Below, one piece after another: positions 7,823 through 17,388 of a DNA stretch of 45,055 nucleotides. Position numbers and translations under genes: made by a program. Under the pieces are notes generated by a model. That model was given only the letters and a program-made list of their open reading frames with translations, was not told the origin of the DNA and ran no database searches. The DNA is from Deltaproteobacteria bacterium (GTDB lineage: Bacteria; Desulfobacterota; Desulfobacteria; Desulfobacterales; ETH-SRB1), in the NCBI GenBank assembly GCA_030262775.1, contig JAJSZP010000002.1:1-45055 (forward strand). The letters run 5' to 3'. How positions within the stretch are numbered: position 1 is the stretch's first letter; each line of letters starts with the position of its first letter.

Positions 7823-7843
7823 ATAGCTAAGAGCTAATAAATT

Positions 7844-8932
7844 ATGTTTGGCAACGTGTATAAAGAAAAAAAAGCCCTCATCACAGGCAATACCGGTTTT
7901 AAGGGTTCTTGGCTTGCTCTATGGCTCTTAAATCTGGGGGCCAGAGTTGTGGGCTATTCCTTGGATCTCCCGACGGATCCCAATCATCACGAAATTTTGA
8001 ATCTGGATTTTGAAACAATCTCTGGTGATGTCCGTGATTTAGAAAAACTCCGAAAGGCCATCGAATCTTTTCAACCGGATATTGTCTTCCATATGGCGGC
8101 TCAATCTCTAGTGCTAAAATCCTATAAAAGCCCTGTGGAAACATTTGAAACCAATGTTATTGGAACGGTTAATGTTTTTGAGGCATGTCGACGGGTAGAG
8201 TCGGTAAAGGCTATTGTAAACGTTACAAGCGATAAATGTTACGAAAACAGGGAATGGATTTGGGGATATCGGGAAAATGACCCAATGGGCGGCCATGATC
8301 CTTACAGCGCATCAAAAGGATGTGCAGAATTGGTCACCGCCAGTTATCGGAAATCCTTTTTCCCACTCGAAGAGTATCAGAAAAGCCATCAGACCCTCGT
8401 AGCAAGTGCCAGGGCTGGAAATGTAATTGGTGGTGGTGACTGGGGAGATAATCGGCTTGTTCCTGACATTATGCGGGCCACTAGTCAAAATGAGAGAGTG
8501 CAAATTCGTAATCCGCAGGCAACACGCCCCTGGCAGCATGTTTTGGAACCTTTATCGGGATATTTGCTTCTCGGGCAACAATTGCTCGAAGGTAAAAGTG
8601 GATTTTCTGAAGCGTGGAATTTTGGTCCGAGTTATGAAGGTCATAGAAATGTGCTTGCCGTCGTCAGGGAATTACAAAAACACTGGTCAAACATTGATTG
8701 TGAGATCAAGGCCGATGAAAAAAATCCACACGAAGCCAATTTTTTGAAACTGGATTGCTCAAAGGCGTATGCAAAACTGAAATGGAAATCGGTGTGGGAT
8801 AGTTCCAATACATTCACAAAGACTGCACAATGGTACAAAGAGTATTATGAATCAAACCATGCTCGCAGCGAAGAACAATTGGCAGTATATATAACTGATG
8901 CGAAACATAACCAAATATCATGGGCCGTTTAA
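7844..8932 (+). CDS. rfbG: CDP-glucose 4,6-dehydratase
   Basis: ALITGNTGFKGSWLALWL, SDKCYEN and YSASKGCAELV (the YxxxK catalytic motif) are present. At 362 aa it fits RfbG/DdhB, and it sits directly after rfbF. Confidence 0.9.
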   Translation: MFGNVYKEKKALITGNTGFKGSWLALWLLNLGARVVGYSLDLPTDPNHHEILNLDFETISGDVRDLEKLRKAIESFQPDIVFHMAAQSLVLKSYKSPVETFETNVIGTVNVFEACRRVESVKAIVNVTSDKCYENREWIWGYRENDPMGGHDPYSASKGCAELVTASYRKSFFPLEEYQKSHQTLVASARAGNVIGGGDWGDNRLVPDIMRATSQNERVQIRNPQATRPWQHVLEPLSGYLLLGQQLLEGKSGFSEAWNFGPSYEGHRNVLAVVRELQKHWSNIDCEIKADEKNPHEANFLKLDCSKAYAKLKWKSVWDSSNTFTKTAQWYKEYYESNHARSEEQLAVYITDAKHNQISWAV

Positions 8933-9483
8933 TGAGAATCAATAAACTTCCATTAGAAGGCGGCTTTGTCATTGAACCGGAACCTTTTAAGGATGTCCGC
9001 GGATTATTCGCCCGGGTTTTTTGTGAGCAAGAACTACAACATATTTTGCATAACAAAAATATCGTTCAGGTCAACCACTCTCTTACCAGACAGAAAGGTG
9101 CTATCCGCGGGATGCACTTCCAGAAACCGCCCAAAGCGGAGATCAAAATGGTCAAATGCCTGCGCGGTTCAGTCTCCGATGTTATGATAGATCTGCGAAG
9201 TGATTCTTCAACTTTTCTAAAATGGCATGGAGAAAAGCTCTCTGCTGAAAACATGAAGATGATGTACATCCCTGAAGGGTTTGCGCATGGATTCCAAACA
9301 TTAGAAGAAGATTGTGAACTCCTTTATTTTCATACGGAGTTTTACAGTCCCGAACATGAAGGTGGTGTGCGTTATAACGATCCTATAATCAACATTTTGT
9401 GGCCTTTGGAAGTTACTGAAATATCCGACAAAGATGAAAGATATTCTTTGCTGCCTCAAGATTTCGAAGGGATTCAACTCTAA
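8920..9483 (+). CDS. NDP-4-keto-6-deoxyhexose 3,5-epimerase (RfbC/cupin family)
   Basis: FKDVRGLF, IRGMHFQ, KMVKCLRGSVSDVMIDLR and YIPEGFAHGF match the RmlC family. An alternative start at 8932 would form a TAATG overlap with the rfbG stop. Confidence 0.8.
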   Translation: MGRLMRINKLPLEGGFVIEPEPFKDVRGLFARVFCEQELQHILHNKNIVQVNHSLTRQKGAIRGMHFQKPPKAEIKMVKCLRGSVSDVMIDLRSDSSTFLKWHGEKLSAENMKMMYIPEGFAHGFQTLEEDCELLYFHTEFYSPEHEGGVRYNDPIINILWPLEVTEISDKDERYSLLPQDFEGIQL

Positions 9484-10709
9484 TGAAATGCCGTTTTTGT
9501 CACCATAAATTGACTCACGAATTCATTGATCTGGTAAACGCTCCTCCGTCAAATTCTTTTTTAACAAAGAAACAGTTAAGCGAACCTGAGATTTTTTATC
9601 CTCTGAAACTAATGGTATGTGAAGAATGCTGGCTTGTCCAGGTTGATGAATACAAGAAATCAGAAGAGATCTTTAATCAGAACTACGCATATTTTTCTTC
9701 TTACTCCACCTCCTGGTTGGAGCACGCTAAACGATACGTTGAAATGATTATTGGTCGTTTTGGGTTCAATGAAAAATCTCATGTGATCGAAATCGCATCA
9801 AACGATGGTTATCTGCTGCAATATTTTCAATTAAAGCATATCCCTGTTCTTGGTATCGAACCCGCCACGAATGTAGCCATGTCGGCACAGGAAAAAGGTA
9901 TTGAAACGATTGAAGCCTTTTTCGGGGCAAATTTGGCCAACCGACTTGTCTCACAGGATAAAATGGCGGATCTAATCATAGGAAACAACGTATTTGCGCA
10001 TGTGCCTGATGTAAATGATTTTGCAGCAGGACTGAAGATTGCACTTAAAGACAACGGCGTTATTACATTAGAATTCCCTCATCTTATGCAGCTTATTGAA
10101 CAAAATCTATTTGATACCATCTATCACGAGCATTTCTCATATTTTTCATTTTCCATTGCAAAACTTATTTTCGAGAAACATGGCCTTGAATTATTTGACG
10201 TCGAACAAATATCTACGCATGGCGGCTCATTGCGCATATATGGCAAACATAAAGATGATGCTTCAAAGAATATTTCCCCAAAGGTTACGGCACTTCTTCA
10301 TGAAGAAAAAGTAAAAGGAATGCAGACAACCGAATATTATGACGGATTCCAGAATAAAGCAGATAGAGTGAAGTACGATTTGATTGATTTTCTTATAAAA
10401 CAGAAAAAAAACGGTAAAAAAGTAGCGGCTTATGGAGCGGCGGCAAAGGGCAACACTCTGCTTAATTACTGCGGTTCGAAAAAAGATTTGATTGAATTTG
10501 TAGTTGATGCTTCTCCTCATAAACAGGGCATGTTTTTGCCCGGCAGTCACATACCCGTTGTTACGGAAAAAGAAATCAAAAAAACAAAGCCGGATTTTGT
10601 GATTATTTTGCCGTGGAATATTAAAAATGAGATAATTGAGCAGTTAAGTTATATTCAGGAATGGGGAGGAAAATTTGTTGTGCCGATTCCTGAAATCAGA
10701 ACATTTTGA
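9483..10709 (+). CDS. NDP-hexose C-methyltransferase (TylC3/TcaB9-like; Zn-ribbon + class I SAM MTase + C-MT C-terminal domain)
   Basis: The N-terminus has CRFCHH...CEEC. Also present are VIEIASNDGYLL, FDTIYHEHFSYFS, and the C-terminal AAYGAAAKGNTLLNY...DASPHKQGMFLPGSHIPV. Its start forms a TAATG overlap with the upstream stop. Confidence 0.85.
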   Translation: MKCRFCHHKLTHEFIDLVNAPPSNSFLTKKQLSEPEIFYPLKLMVCEECWLVQVDEYKKSEEIFNQNYAYFSSYSTSWLEHAKRYVEMIIGRFGFNEKSHVIEIASNDGYLLQYFQLKHIPVLGIEPATNVAMSAQEKGIETIEAFFGANLANRLVSQDKMADLIIGNNVFAHVPDVNDFAAGLKIALKDNGVITLEFPHLMQLIEQNLFDTIYHEHFSYFSFSIAKLIFEKHGLELFDVEQISTHGGSLRIYGKHKDDASKNISPKVTALLHEEKVKGMQTTEYYDGFQNKADRVKYDLIDFLIKQKKNGKKVAAYGAAAKGNTLLNYCGSKKDLIEFVVDASPHKQGMFLPGSHIPVVTEKEIKKTKPDFVIILPWNIKNEIIEQLSYIQEWGGKFVVPIPEIRTF

Positions 10710-10726
10710 TCAATGAAAGCGATGAT

Positions 10727-11578
10727 ATGAAAATATTAGTCACCGGTGCAACAGGGTTTATTGGAAATTATGTTGTCGAAGAATTGCTAAAATATGGACA
10801 TAAAATAATAACGACTTCAATCGAATATAAAAATCAGATACAATTTAGTTGGATAGAAAAAGTAGATTATATTCAAGCTGATTTAAACAGAGATAAGGAG
10901 AATTGGTTTGTCTTTTTTAATGAACCCGACCAAATAATCCACCTTGCCTGGGAAGGATTACCTAATTATAATGAACTGTTTCACATCGAACGAAACCTGC
11001 CACGAAACTGTTGTTTCTTAAATAAAATAATTGAAAAAGGATTGAAAAAGGTTGTTGTTATTGGAACCTGCTTTGAATATGGGATGCAAAGTGGAGCCCT
11101 ACAAGAAGATATGAAAACAATGCCTGAAAATCCTTATGCCATAGCAAAGGATACCTTTCGAAAGTTTTTGGAACAACTGCAAAAAAAGAATGATTTTGAC
11201 TTCAAATGGATTCGCCTGTTTTACATGCATGGAAAAGGACAGAGTCCCAATTCAATCCTTTCGCAATTGGACAGGGCGTTGGAAAATAGAGAAACCACCT
11301 TTAAAATGTCGGGAGGTGAGCAATTACGAGATTACCTGCCTGTTGAAAAGGTTGCTGAATATATCGTTAAGATTGCAATGCAAAATAAAGTGCGTGGAAT
11401 TATTAACTGCAGCAGCGGCAAGCCCATTTCTATCAGGAAGTTTGTGGAAAATTACCTGGAGAAGAAACAAAAAAGTATTCACTTGAATTTAGGATATTAT
11501 CCATATCCTGATTATGAACCGATGGCTTTTTGGGGTGATAATAAAAAATTGAAGATGGCTTTGGGAGATAGTGCATGA
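10727..11578 (+). CDS. NAD(P)-dependent SDR, probable NDP-sugar 4-ketoreductase
   Basis: MKILVTGATGFIGNY (Rossmann) and YAIAKDTFRKF (YxxxK). The ORF track begins at TTG 10706; I prefer the ATG at 10727. Confidence 0.75.
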   Translation: MKILVTGATGFIGNYVVEELLKYGHKIITTSIEYKNQIQFSWIEKVDYIQADLNRDKENWFVFFNEPDQIIHLAWEGLPNYNELFHIERNLPRNCCFLNKIIEKGLKKVVVIGTCFEYGMQSGALQEDMKTMPENPYAIAKDTFRKFLEQLQKKNDFDFKWIRLFYMHGKGQSPNSILSQLDRALENRETTFKMSGGEQLRDYLPVEKVAEYIVKIAMQNKVRGIINCSSGKPISIRKFVENYLEKKQKSIHLNLGYYPYPDYEPMAFWGDNKKLKMALGDSA

Positions 11579-12672
11579 AATGCAGTTTGTGCCAAAACGA
11601 TAATCTTTCGACATTATATACGGTGCCAAATGTTCCGGTTTTCCAGAATAAGACGTATGCGACTGTGAGCGAGGCGAAAAACATAATGACTGGAAATGTG
11701 GAATTAGTCATGTGCTCAAACTGCGGTTTTATATTCAATGCAGATTTTAACAGGAAGGTTATGAGTTATGATGCTCAGTACCAAAACGAACAGGCACATT
11801 CGCATTACTTTCAGAGATATCTTAGGGAGCTTATTGAGCTGTTTGCAGAAAAAAGATTTCACGGGATGAAGATTATCGAAATTGGATGCGGCAAAGGGTA
11901 TTTTTTGGAAATGCTTCGGGAAAAAGATTTTGATGTCATCGGTTTTGATCCTGCATACGAGGGGGACAGCCCGAATATAGTAAGGGATTACTACTCAGAT
12001 CAATATTCACATTTGAACGCCGATTTAATTGTTTTGCGCCATACCCTGGAACATATTGATGACCCTCTGAAATTTTTGCGCGGAATAGCGCGTGCTGTCA
12101 ACTACAACGCCAAGATATTTATTGAGGTTCCCAGTTTTGAATGGATACTTGAGAAAAGAGCTTTTTGGGATGTTTTCTATGAACACTGCAACTATTTCAC
12201 CCTTGAGAGCCTGGCCAGTCTTTTTCAAGAATCAGAGCAAGGTTTGTTGTTCAACAACCAGTATATGTATTTACTATCTGATTTAAGTAACTTGTTTGAA
12301 CAGGCTGTATCTGCAAAGGAGACGCTCCATAAATTTAAAATTTCTAAGATGGATGAATTGCTGCTATTTTACAGGAAGTTCGTTCAAAGTCATCCAGGGA
12401 TGTTGGTGTGGGGCGCTGGCGCAAAAGGTGCAACCTTTGTGAGACTGACCGATCCTAATAGAGAATATATTTCTGCCGTTGTTGATATTAATCCTAAAAA
12501 GCAGGGACGGTTTGTTGCTAAAACCGGTCATAGTATCATAAGCCCTGAACAACTAACTGATTTTGCCGAAGAGAGGGGCATACTCGTGATGAATGATAAT
12601 TACTATAAAGAAATACAGGAACAGATAAAAGGAAAACATTTTAACCTTTATAGCCTTGGAGCAATTCAATGA
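11575..12672 (+). CDS. second, diverged Zn-ribbon SAM-dependent (C-)methyltransferase paralog
   Basis: CSLCQ...CSNCG ribbon, IIEIGCGKGYFL (SAM motif I), and FWDVFYEHCNYFT (parallels FDTIYHEHFSYFS). The C-terminal WGAGAKGATFV...DINPKKQGRFVAKTGHSI parallels the C-terminal domain of 9483..10709. ATGA overlaps occur at both ends. Confidence 0.75.
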   Translation: MKCSLCQNDNLSTLYTVPNVPVFQNKTYATVSEAKNIMTGNVELVMCSNCGFIFNADFNRKVMSYDAQYQNEQAHSHYFQRYLRELIELFAEKRFHGMKIIEIGCGKGYFLEMLREKDFDVIGFDPAYEGDSPNIVRDYYSDQYSHLNADLIVLRHTLEHIDDPLKFLRGIARAVNYNAKIFIEVPSFEWILEKRAFWDVFYEHCNYFTLESLASLFQESEQGLLFNNQYMYLLSDLSNLFEQAVSAKETLHKFKISKMDELLLFYRKFVQSHPGMLVWGAGAKGATFVRLTDPNREYISAVVDINPKKQGRFVAKTGHSIISPEQLTDFAEERGILVMNDNYYKEIQEQIKGKHFNLYSLGAIQ

Positions 12673-13403
12673 ATCCAATTGAACGATTTAGGAAAGAGTG
12701 CCTTGAGCGTACAAAGTTAAACAGAAAGAATGACAAGCTCGTAAATGCGGCAAGAGCCTTTATGAAGGAATCCACTTTGCCACAATACTCCTATAACTTT
12801 ACATGGCTTGGCCGCCCAATTATTCAATATCCTCAGGACATCATTGCCATGCAGGAGATTATCTGGCATGTAAAGCCTGATCTGATTATTGAAACCGGTA
12901 TCGCCCACGGTGGGTCCCTTATTTTTTTTGCCTCCATACTGGAACTTTTAGGCGGTGACGAACAGGTTTTGGGGATAGATATTGATATTCGTGAGCACAA
13001 TAGGATGGAGATTGAAAAACATCCCATGTTCAAACGAATTACAATGATTGAGGGCTCGTCTATTGATGAAGAGATCGCCAAACAGGTTCATGATTTTACG
13101 AAGGATAAAAAACAGATTATGGTCGTCCTTGATTCCATGCACACCCACGACCATGTGCTAAAGGAGCTGGAGCTTTATTCTCCCCTGGTAACAAAAGGAA
13201 GTTACTGTGTGGTCTTCGATACTGTAATAGATGACATGCCCGACGAGATGTTCCCCGACCGCCCCTGGGATAAAGGCAATAATCCTAAAACCGCGGTATG
13301 GGAGTTTCTGAAAACCAATGACCGATTTGTTGTGGACAATGAAATCGAAAACAAACTCCTCATCACCGTTGCACCTGATGGTTATTTGAAATGTGTGAAG
13401 TAA
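12669..13403 (+). CDS. CmcI / cephalosporin-hydroxylase-family SAM-dependent methyltransferase (sugar O-methyltransferase type)
   Basis: FTWLGRPIIQYPQDIIAMQEIIWHVKPDLIIETGIAHGGSLIFFASILELLG is the characteristic CmcI-family core. Rhamnosyl O-methyltransferases belong to this family. Confidence 0.8.
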   Translation: MNPIERFRKECLERTKLNRKNDKLVNAARAFMKESTLPQYSYNFTWLGRPIIQYPQDIIAMQEIIWHVKPDLIIETGIAHGGSLIFFASILELLGGDEQVLGIDIDIREHNRMEIEKHPMFKRITMIEGSSIDEEIAKQVHDFTKDKKQIMVVLDSMHTHDHVLKELELYSPLVTKGSYCVVFDTVIDDMPDEMFPDRPWDKGNNPKTAVWEFLKTNDRFVVDNEIENKLLITVAPDGYLKCVK

Positions 13404-13425
13404 GTCACGATTCTCGGGATGTAGC

Positions 13426-14943
13426 GTGTCAGTAATAAGACAAAATATTATCGCCAATTTTGCCGGGAATACCTGGCAGGCCCTCATGGGTCTGGCGTTT
13501 ATACCCCTGTATATCAAATTCATGGGGGTTGAATCCTATGGGTTAATCGGTATTTTTGCTACGCTCCAGGCGATGTTTGTCATTTTGGATATGGGCATAA
13601 CTGCTACACTGAGCCGTGAAATGGCGCGGCTCTCCGTGCTGCCGGGCAGGGAGCAGGAAATGCGCAATCTGGTCCGATCCCTGGAAATTATTTACTGGTG
13701 TGTAGCCATATTCATCGGAATGGCCGTCATGGCAATATCGCCTTTCATTGCGCATAACTGGGTTAAGGCAAGCCAGTTATCTCCCCAAACAATTGAACAG
13801 GCGTTTCTAATCATGGGATTCGCAGTGGCGCTCCAATGGCCGGCCTCTTTTTACTCCGGTGGGCTGATTGGTCTTCAGAGGCAGGTCCTGTTAAATCTAA
13901 TCAATATCGGCGTGAGCACTATGCGCGGCGTGGGCGCTGTTTTGATCCTGTGGTTGATCTATCCAACAATTCAAGCCTTCTTTTCATGGCAAATCATTAT
14001 CAGTATCATAAACACCTGCCTCTTGGCTTTCTTTTTCTGGCACAGACTTCCGCGTACCGAAAAAAGGGCATCTTTTCAAAAACAGCTCCTTGCAGGGGTT
14101 TGGCGATTTGCTGTCGGGATTAGTGGGATCACTTTCCTCTCGGTGATTCTGATGCAAATGGATAAGATTATTTTAAGCAAGATGCTTTCTCTTGAAATGT
14201 TTGGCTATTACACACTGGCCAGTACAGTAGCAATAAGTCTTTATCGTCTTATCAACCCTGTTAATGCCGCAATTTTTCCAAGAATCACTCAATTTGTTTC
14301 ACTCGTTGACCAGGATGGATTGAAACAACTCTATCATAAAAGTTGTCAGTTTATGTCAGTCCTGATCTTGCCCGTTACCGTTGTTGTCGCTATGTTTTCT
14401 TATGAAATTCTGCTTATCTGGACGCAAAACCCGGTAACGGCTGAAAAGTCTCACCTCTTGGTGAGCATTCTAATTTGCGGTACAGCCCTTAACGGACTGA
14501 TGAATATTCCATACGGACTGCAACTAGCACATGGATGGACAAGGCTGACTTTATATGTCAATTTGATTTCTGTGATTCTGCTCATGCCGCTGATTATTTT
14601 CATGACCAATCATTATGGGGCTATAGGCGCCGCAAGCGTATGGGTGATACTGAATGTAGGTTACGTCTTGATTGCTATTCATTTCATACATAGACGTTTA
14701 CTACCGTCTGAAAAATGGCGTTGGTATTGGCAGGATGTAAGCTTGCCGCTTGTGGCCGCGTTTCTGACGGCAGGTGCAGGCAGAATATTGTTTTGCTATG
14801 TTCCTTTTACACAGCCAATGATGCTTTTATCAATATTTATTGTTTCGTGCTTCACGCTGGCGATAACGGCGTTGGCTGCTCCGCTTATGAGGTCATGGGT
14901 TTTTGCTCAATTGATCAGACTGAAAATATCTTACGGAAATTGA
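13426..14943 (+). CDS. wzx: Wzx-type oligosaccharide flippase (MOP superfamily)
   Basis: 505 aa with roughly 12-14 hydrophobic helices. The N-terminus NIIANFAGNTWQALMGLAFIPLYIKFMGVESYGLIGIF is typical of the Polysacc_synt family. The start is GTG. Confidence 0.8.
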   Translation: MSVIRQNIIANFAGNTWQALMGLAFIPLYIKFMGVESYGLIGIFATLQAMFVILDMGITATLSREMARLSVLPGREQEMRNLVRSLEIIYWCVAIFIGMAVMAISPFIAHNWVKASQLSPQTIEQAFLIMGFAVALQWPASFYSGGLIGLQRQVLLNLINIGVSTMRGVGAVLILWLIYPTIQAFFSWQIIISIINTCLLAFFFWHRLPRTEKRASFQKQLLAGVWRFAVGISGITFLSVILMQMDKIILSKMLSLEMFGYYTLASTVAISLYRLINPVNAAIFPRITQFVSLVDQDGLKQLYHKSCQFMSVLILPVTVVVAMFSYEILLIWTQNPVTAEKSHLLVSILICGTALNGLMNIPYGLQLAHGWTRLTLYVNLISVILLMPLIIFMTNHYGAIGAASVWVILNVGYVLIAIHFIHRRLLPSEKWRWYWQDVSLPLVAAFLTAGAGRILFCYVPFTQPMMLLSIFIVSCFTLAITALAAPLMRSWVFAQLIRLKISYGN

Positions 14944-14996
14944 TGTGAAAAATACAAAGGCACAGAATCAGCACCAAATTATACGATGAGATTCAT

Positions 14997-16166
14997 ATGA
15001 AAAGTCCATTTTTCTCTATTTTTCTTCCCGCAAAAGGCAGGTTGGAATACTTGGCTGAGGCTATCGAGAGCGTTCTGCTTCAAGATTTCCAGAATATAGA
15101 GCTTGTAGTTTCGAATAACGGTGCAGATGCTGCTTTACGCGATGTTGTAGAGAAGTATCGGAGCAATGCCGAGGTCAGGTATGTCGAACAACCAGAAGTG
15201 CTTAACATGCCGACACATTGGGAGAAAGTAACGCAAGAGCTGGTTGGTGAATATATTCTGATTCTGACTGATCGGTCTGTACTCAAAGCAGGGGCACTGC
15301 ATTATCTGCATAGACAGATAACGAAGGAAGATGAACGACCTAATGTTATTTCATGGCCATGGGATCTATATTACGACCATTTAAAAATTTTACTGCCCTA
15401 TCAAGCCACTGAGAAAAAGATGCAGGTGTTAAGTTCTGAGTCCCAACTAATGAATGCTGCAAACGGTATTAGTCAATTTCCATATGCATTGCCTCGCGGA
15501 CTCAATTCATGCGTGCGTAACGATTTTATCAATCATATGCGTGTGAAACACGGGGCAATATTTCGTCCTCTCACTCCTGATTTTTCATTCGGGTATTTGT
15601 GTTTGCTGAACACAAGCAAATTTTTTTACATTGAGCGCCCTTTGTTCGTGTCTCAAGGATTGATGGTTAGCAATGGAGGTAATTCCTTTGGTGGGGATGC
15701 TTCCCCATACTTCAATTCCCTAAATCTTAAGAATCCGTTCCAGCATGTACCATTAAAATTGCCGCTAGTACAGAATGGAATACATGAAGATTTTTTAGCG
15801 ATGGCCTCTTTGTGCGGGCGTGATGACCTGTTGAAAGTTTGGAATAGACAGAACTATTATTTGGAATGCTTTGCCGAAATCGATGCGAAGAGAGAAACTG
15901 GAATTTTGAGAAATGATTGGATTGATGAAATGGAACGCGCGCTTGTTCAGACCTTAATGAAAGAAAGCCATGAGATACAACAAGGCGTTAAGTACACTAG
16001 AACAACGATAACAAAAATCCGCACTCGAATTATCGGGCTAATAAAAAAAATACTTGGCGCAAGACTTGAAACTATCCGGCGGTATGTGTTGCTCGGGAAA
16101 AGGGGTGGGGTTACTTGCCAGACTGCACTAGAAGCAGCGGGGTTAGATGCTCTGAAAATAAAATGA
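14997..16166 (+). CDS. glycosyltransferase family 2 (with long C-terminal extension)
   Basis: FSIFLPAKGRLEYLAEAIESVLLQDFQNIELVVSNNG...ILTDRS is the GT-A N-terminal pattern. Confidence 0.75.
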   Translation: MKSPFFSIFLPAKGRLEYLAEAIESVLLQDFQNIELVVSNNGADAALRDVVEKYRSNAEVRYVEQPEVLNMPTHWEKVTQELVGEYILILTDRSVLKAGALHYLHRQITKEDERPNVISWPWDLYYDHLKILLPYQATEKKMQVLSSESQLMNAANGISQFPYALPRGLNSCVRNDFINHMRVKHGAIFRPLTPDFSFGYLCLLNTSKFFYIERPLFVSQGLMVSNGGNSFGGDASPYFNSLNLKNPFQHVPLKLPLVQNGIHEDFLAMASLCGRDDLLKVWNRQNYYLECFAEIDAKRETGILRNDWIDEMERALVQTLMKESHEIQQGVKYTRTTITKIRTRIIGLIKKILGARLETIRRYVLLGKRGGVTCQTALEAAGLDALKIK

Positions 16167-17308
16167 AGATTGCTTACGTAGATTATTATCAGAGCGGACA
16201 TTCTCCTCACAAGGATCCACTGACTATCCCAGTTGCGCTACAGCAGATCGGTTACGAGGTTGTGCTGATATCATGCAATCCGGCATTCGATGGCATCAAG
16301 CAATTAAACGGACTTCCTGTGCTTTCCCTGGAAATGGTGGAGGAAGATGGGTGGAGTTCCCTTGGCTTTACCGGTGTGGTGTTTGCCTCGCGCTTGGATG
16401 TGAGATTTACTCCAGCGGTACGTAGAATACGTGAGAGTGGTTTGCGTTTAGTCATTAAGGCTGATACTGACGGCACATGGGGTCATCCTATACCACCTAA
16501 TTACTTGCGTGCGCGGCCATTGGCGGAGGGTCCAATCAACTGGTTGAGGCATCTTAAATGGCGGCTACCAATAAAATACTGGGTAGAAAAAAAGTTGGAG
16601 CAAGTAAGATTGGCGGATGCTGTCATAGTAGAAAGCCCTGCTGCTGCAGTGAACGCTACGTCTATTCTATTGCATTGGGGTCTGGGTAGTCTTGCGCAGA
16701 AGATCCGTTTTATCCCGAATCCTGTTTCACCTGTTGCGCTGTCTTTGCCATTGAGAGAGCAACGCTGCGATCGCATCGTTACTGTTGGGCGCTGGGAAGA
16801 TCGGGAGGTGAAAAATACCAAAACAATGTTGTGCGTTGTTAGCCAGTTTCTTAATGTGAATAAGAAATTTGACTTTGAAATTATTGGCACTGGTCTGGAT
16901 GCCGATGAAGTTTCTGAATACCTATGGGAGTATATTGATTCAGGAAGGGTAAAAATAATCTCCGAGTTACCATATCTGAAGCTGCAAGAACGGCTCGGGC
17001 AGGCCAAAATCACGCTGATCCCGTCCACATTAGAGAGCTTTTGCTTTGTTGCAGCGGAGGCGCTATGTGCTGGGTCATCTATAGTTGCTACGCCGATTGA
17101 ATCTCTGATCTATCTGACCGGAGGAGGATGTTGGGGGTCAATTGCTCGCGGTTTTGGAGAGGAGCAGATTCTTGCGGCGTTGATATGTGAGGTCGAAGCA
17201 TGGGAACGAGGTTTAAAAGATAGTGATGGATTGTCTTGCTTTTCCCGTAAAAGATTTGATCCACATGACATAGCCCATCAATTTGCAAATTTGTTCGGAA
17301 AGGAATAG
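16163..17308 (+). CDS. glycosyltransferase, GT-B fold (GT4-like)
   Basis: I chose the start at ATG 16163 (MKIAYVDYYQ), which forms an ATGA overlap with the upstream stop; the track start at 16115 lies inside the previous gene. The C-terminus has PSTLESFCFVAAEALCAGSSIVATP, an E-x7-E motif. Confidence 0.75.
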   Translation: MKIAYVDYYQSGHSPHKDPLTIPVALQQIGYEVVLISCNPAFDGIKQLNGLPVLSLEMVEEDGWSSLGFTGVVFASRLDVRFTPAVRRIRESGLRLVIKADTDGTWGHPIPPNYLRARPLAEGPINWLRHLKWRLPIKYWVEKKLEQVRLADAVIVESPAAAVNATSILLHWGLGSLAQKIRFIPNPVSPVALSLPLREQRCDRIVTVGRWEDREVKNTKTMLCVVSQFLNVNKKFDFEIIGTGLDADEVSEYLWEYIDSGRVKIISELPYLKLQERLGQAKITLIPSTLESFCFVAAEALCAGSSIVATPIESLIYLTGGGCWGSIARGFGEEQILAALICEVEAWERGLKDSDGLSCFSRKRFDPHDIAHQFANLFGKE

Positions 17309-17388
17309 AAACGAGGTCTCCCAGGGATGAGCTTCAGGGACAAGTACTATTGGGGTAAGAAGGATTTATTGAGAAATGCAAAGATGTT

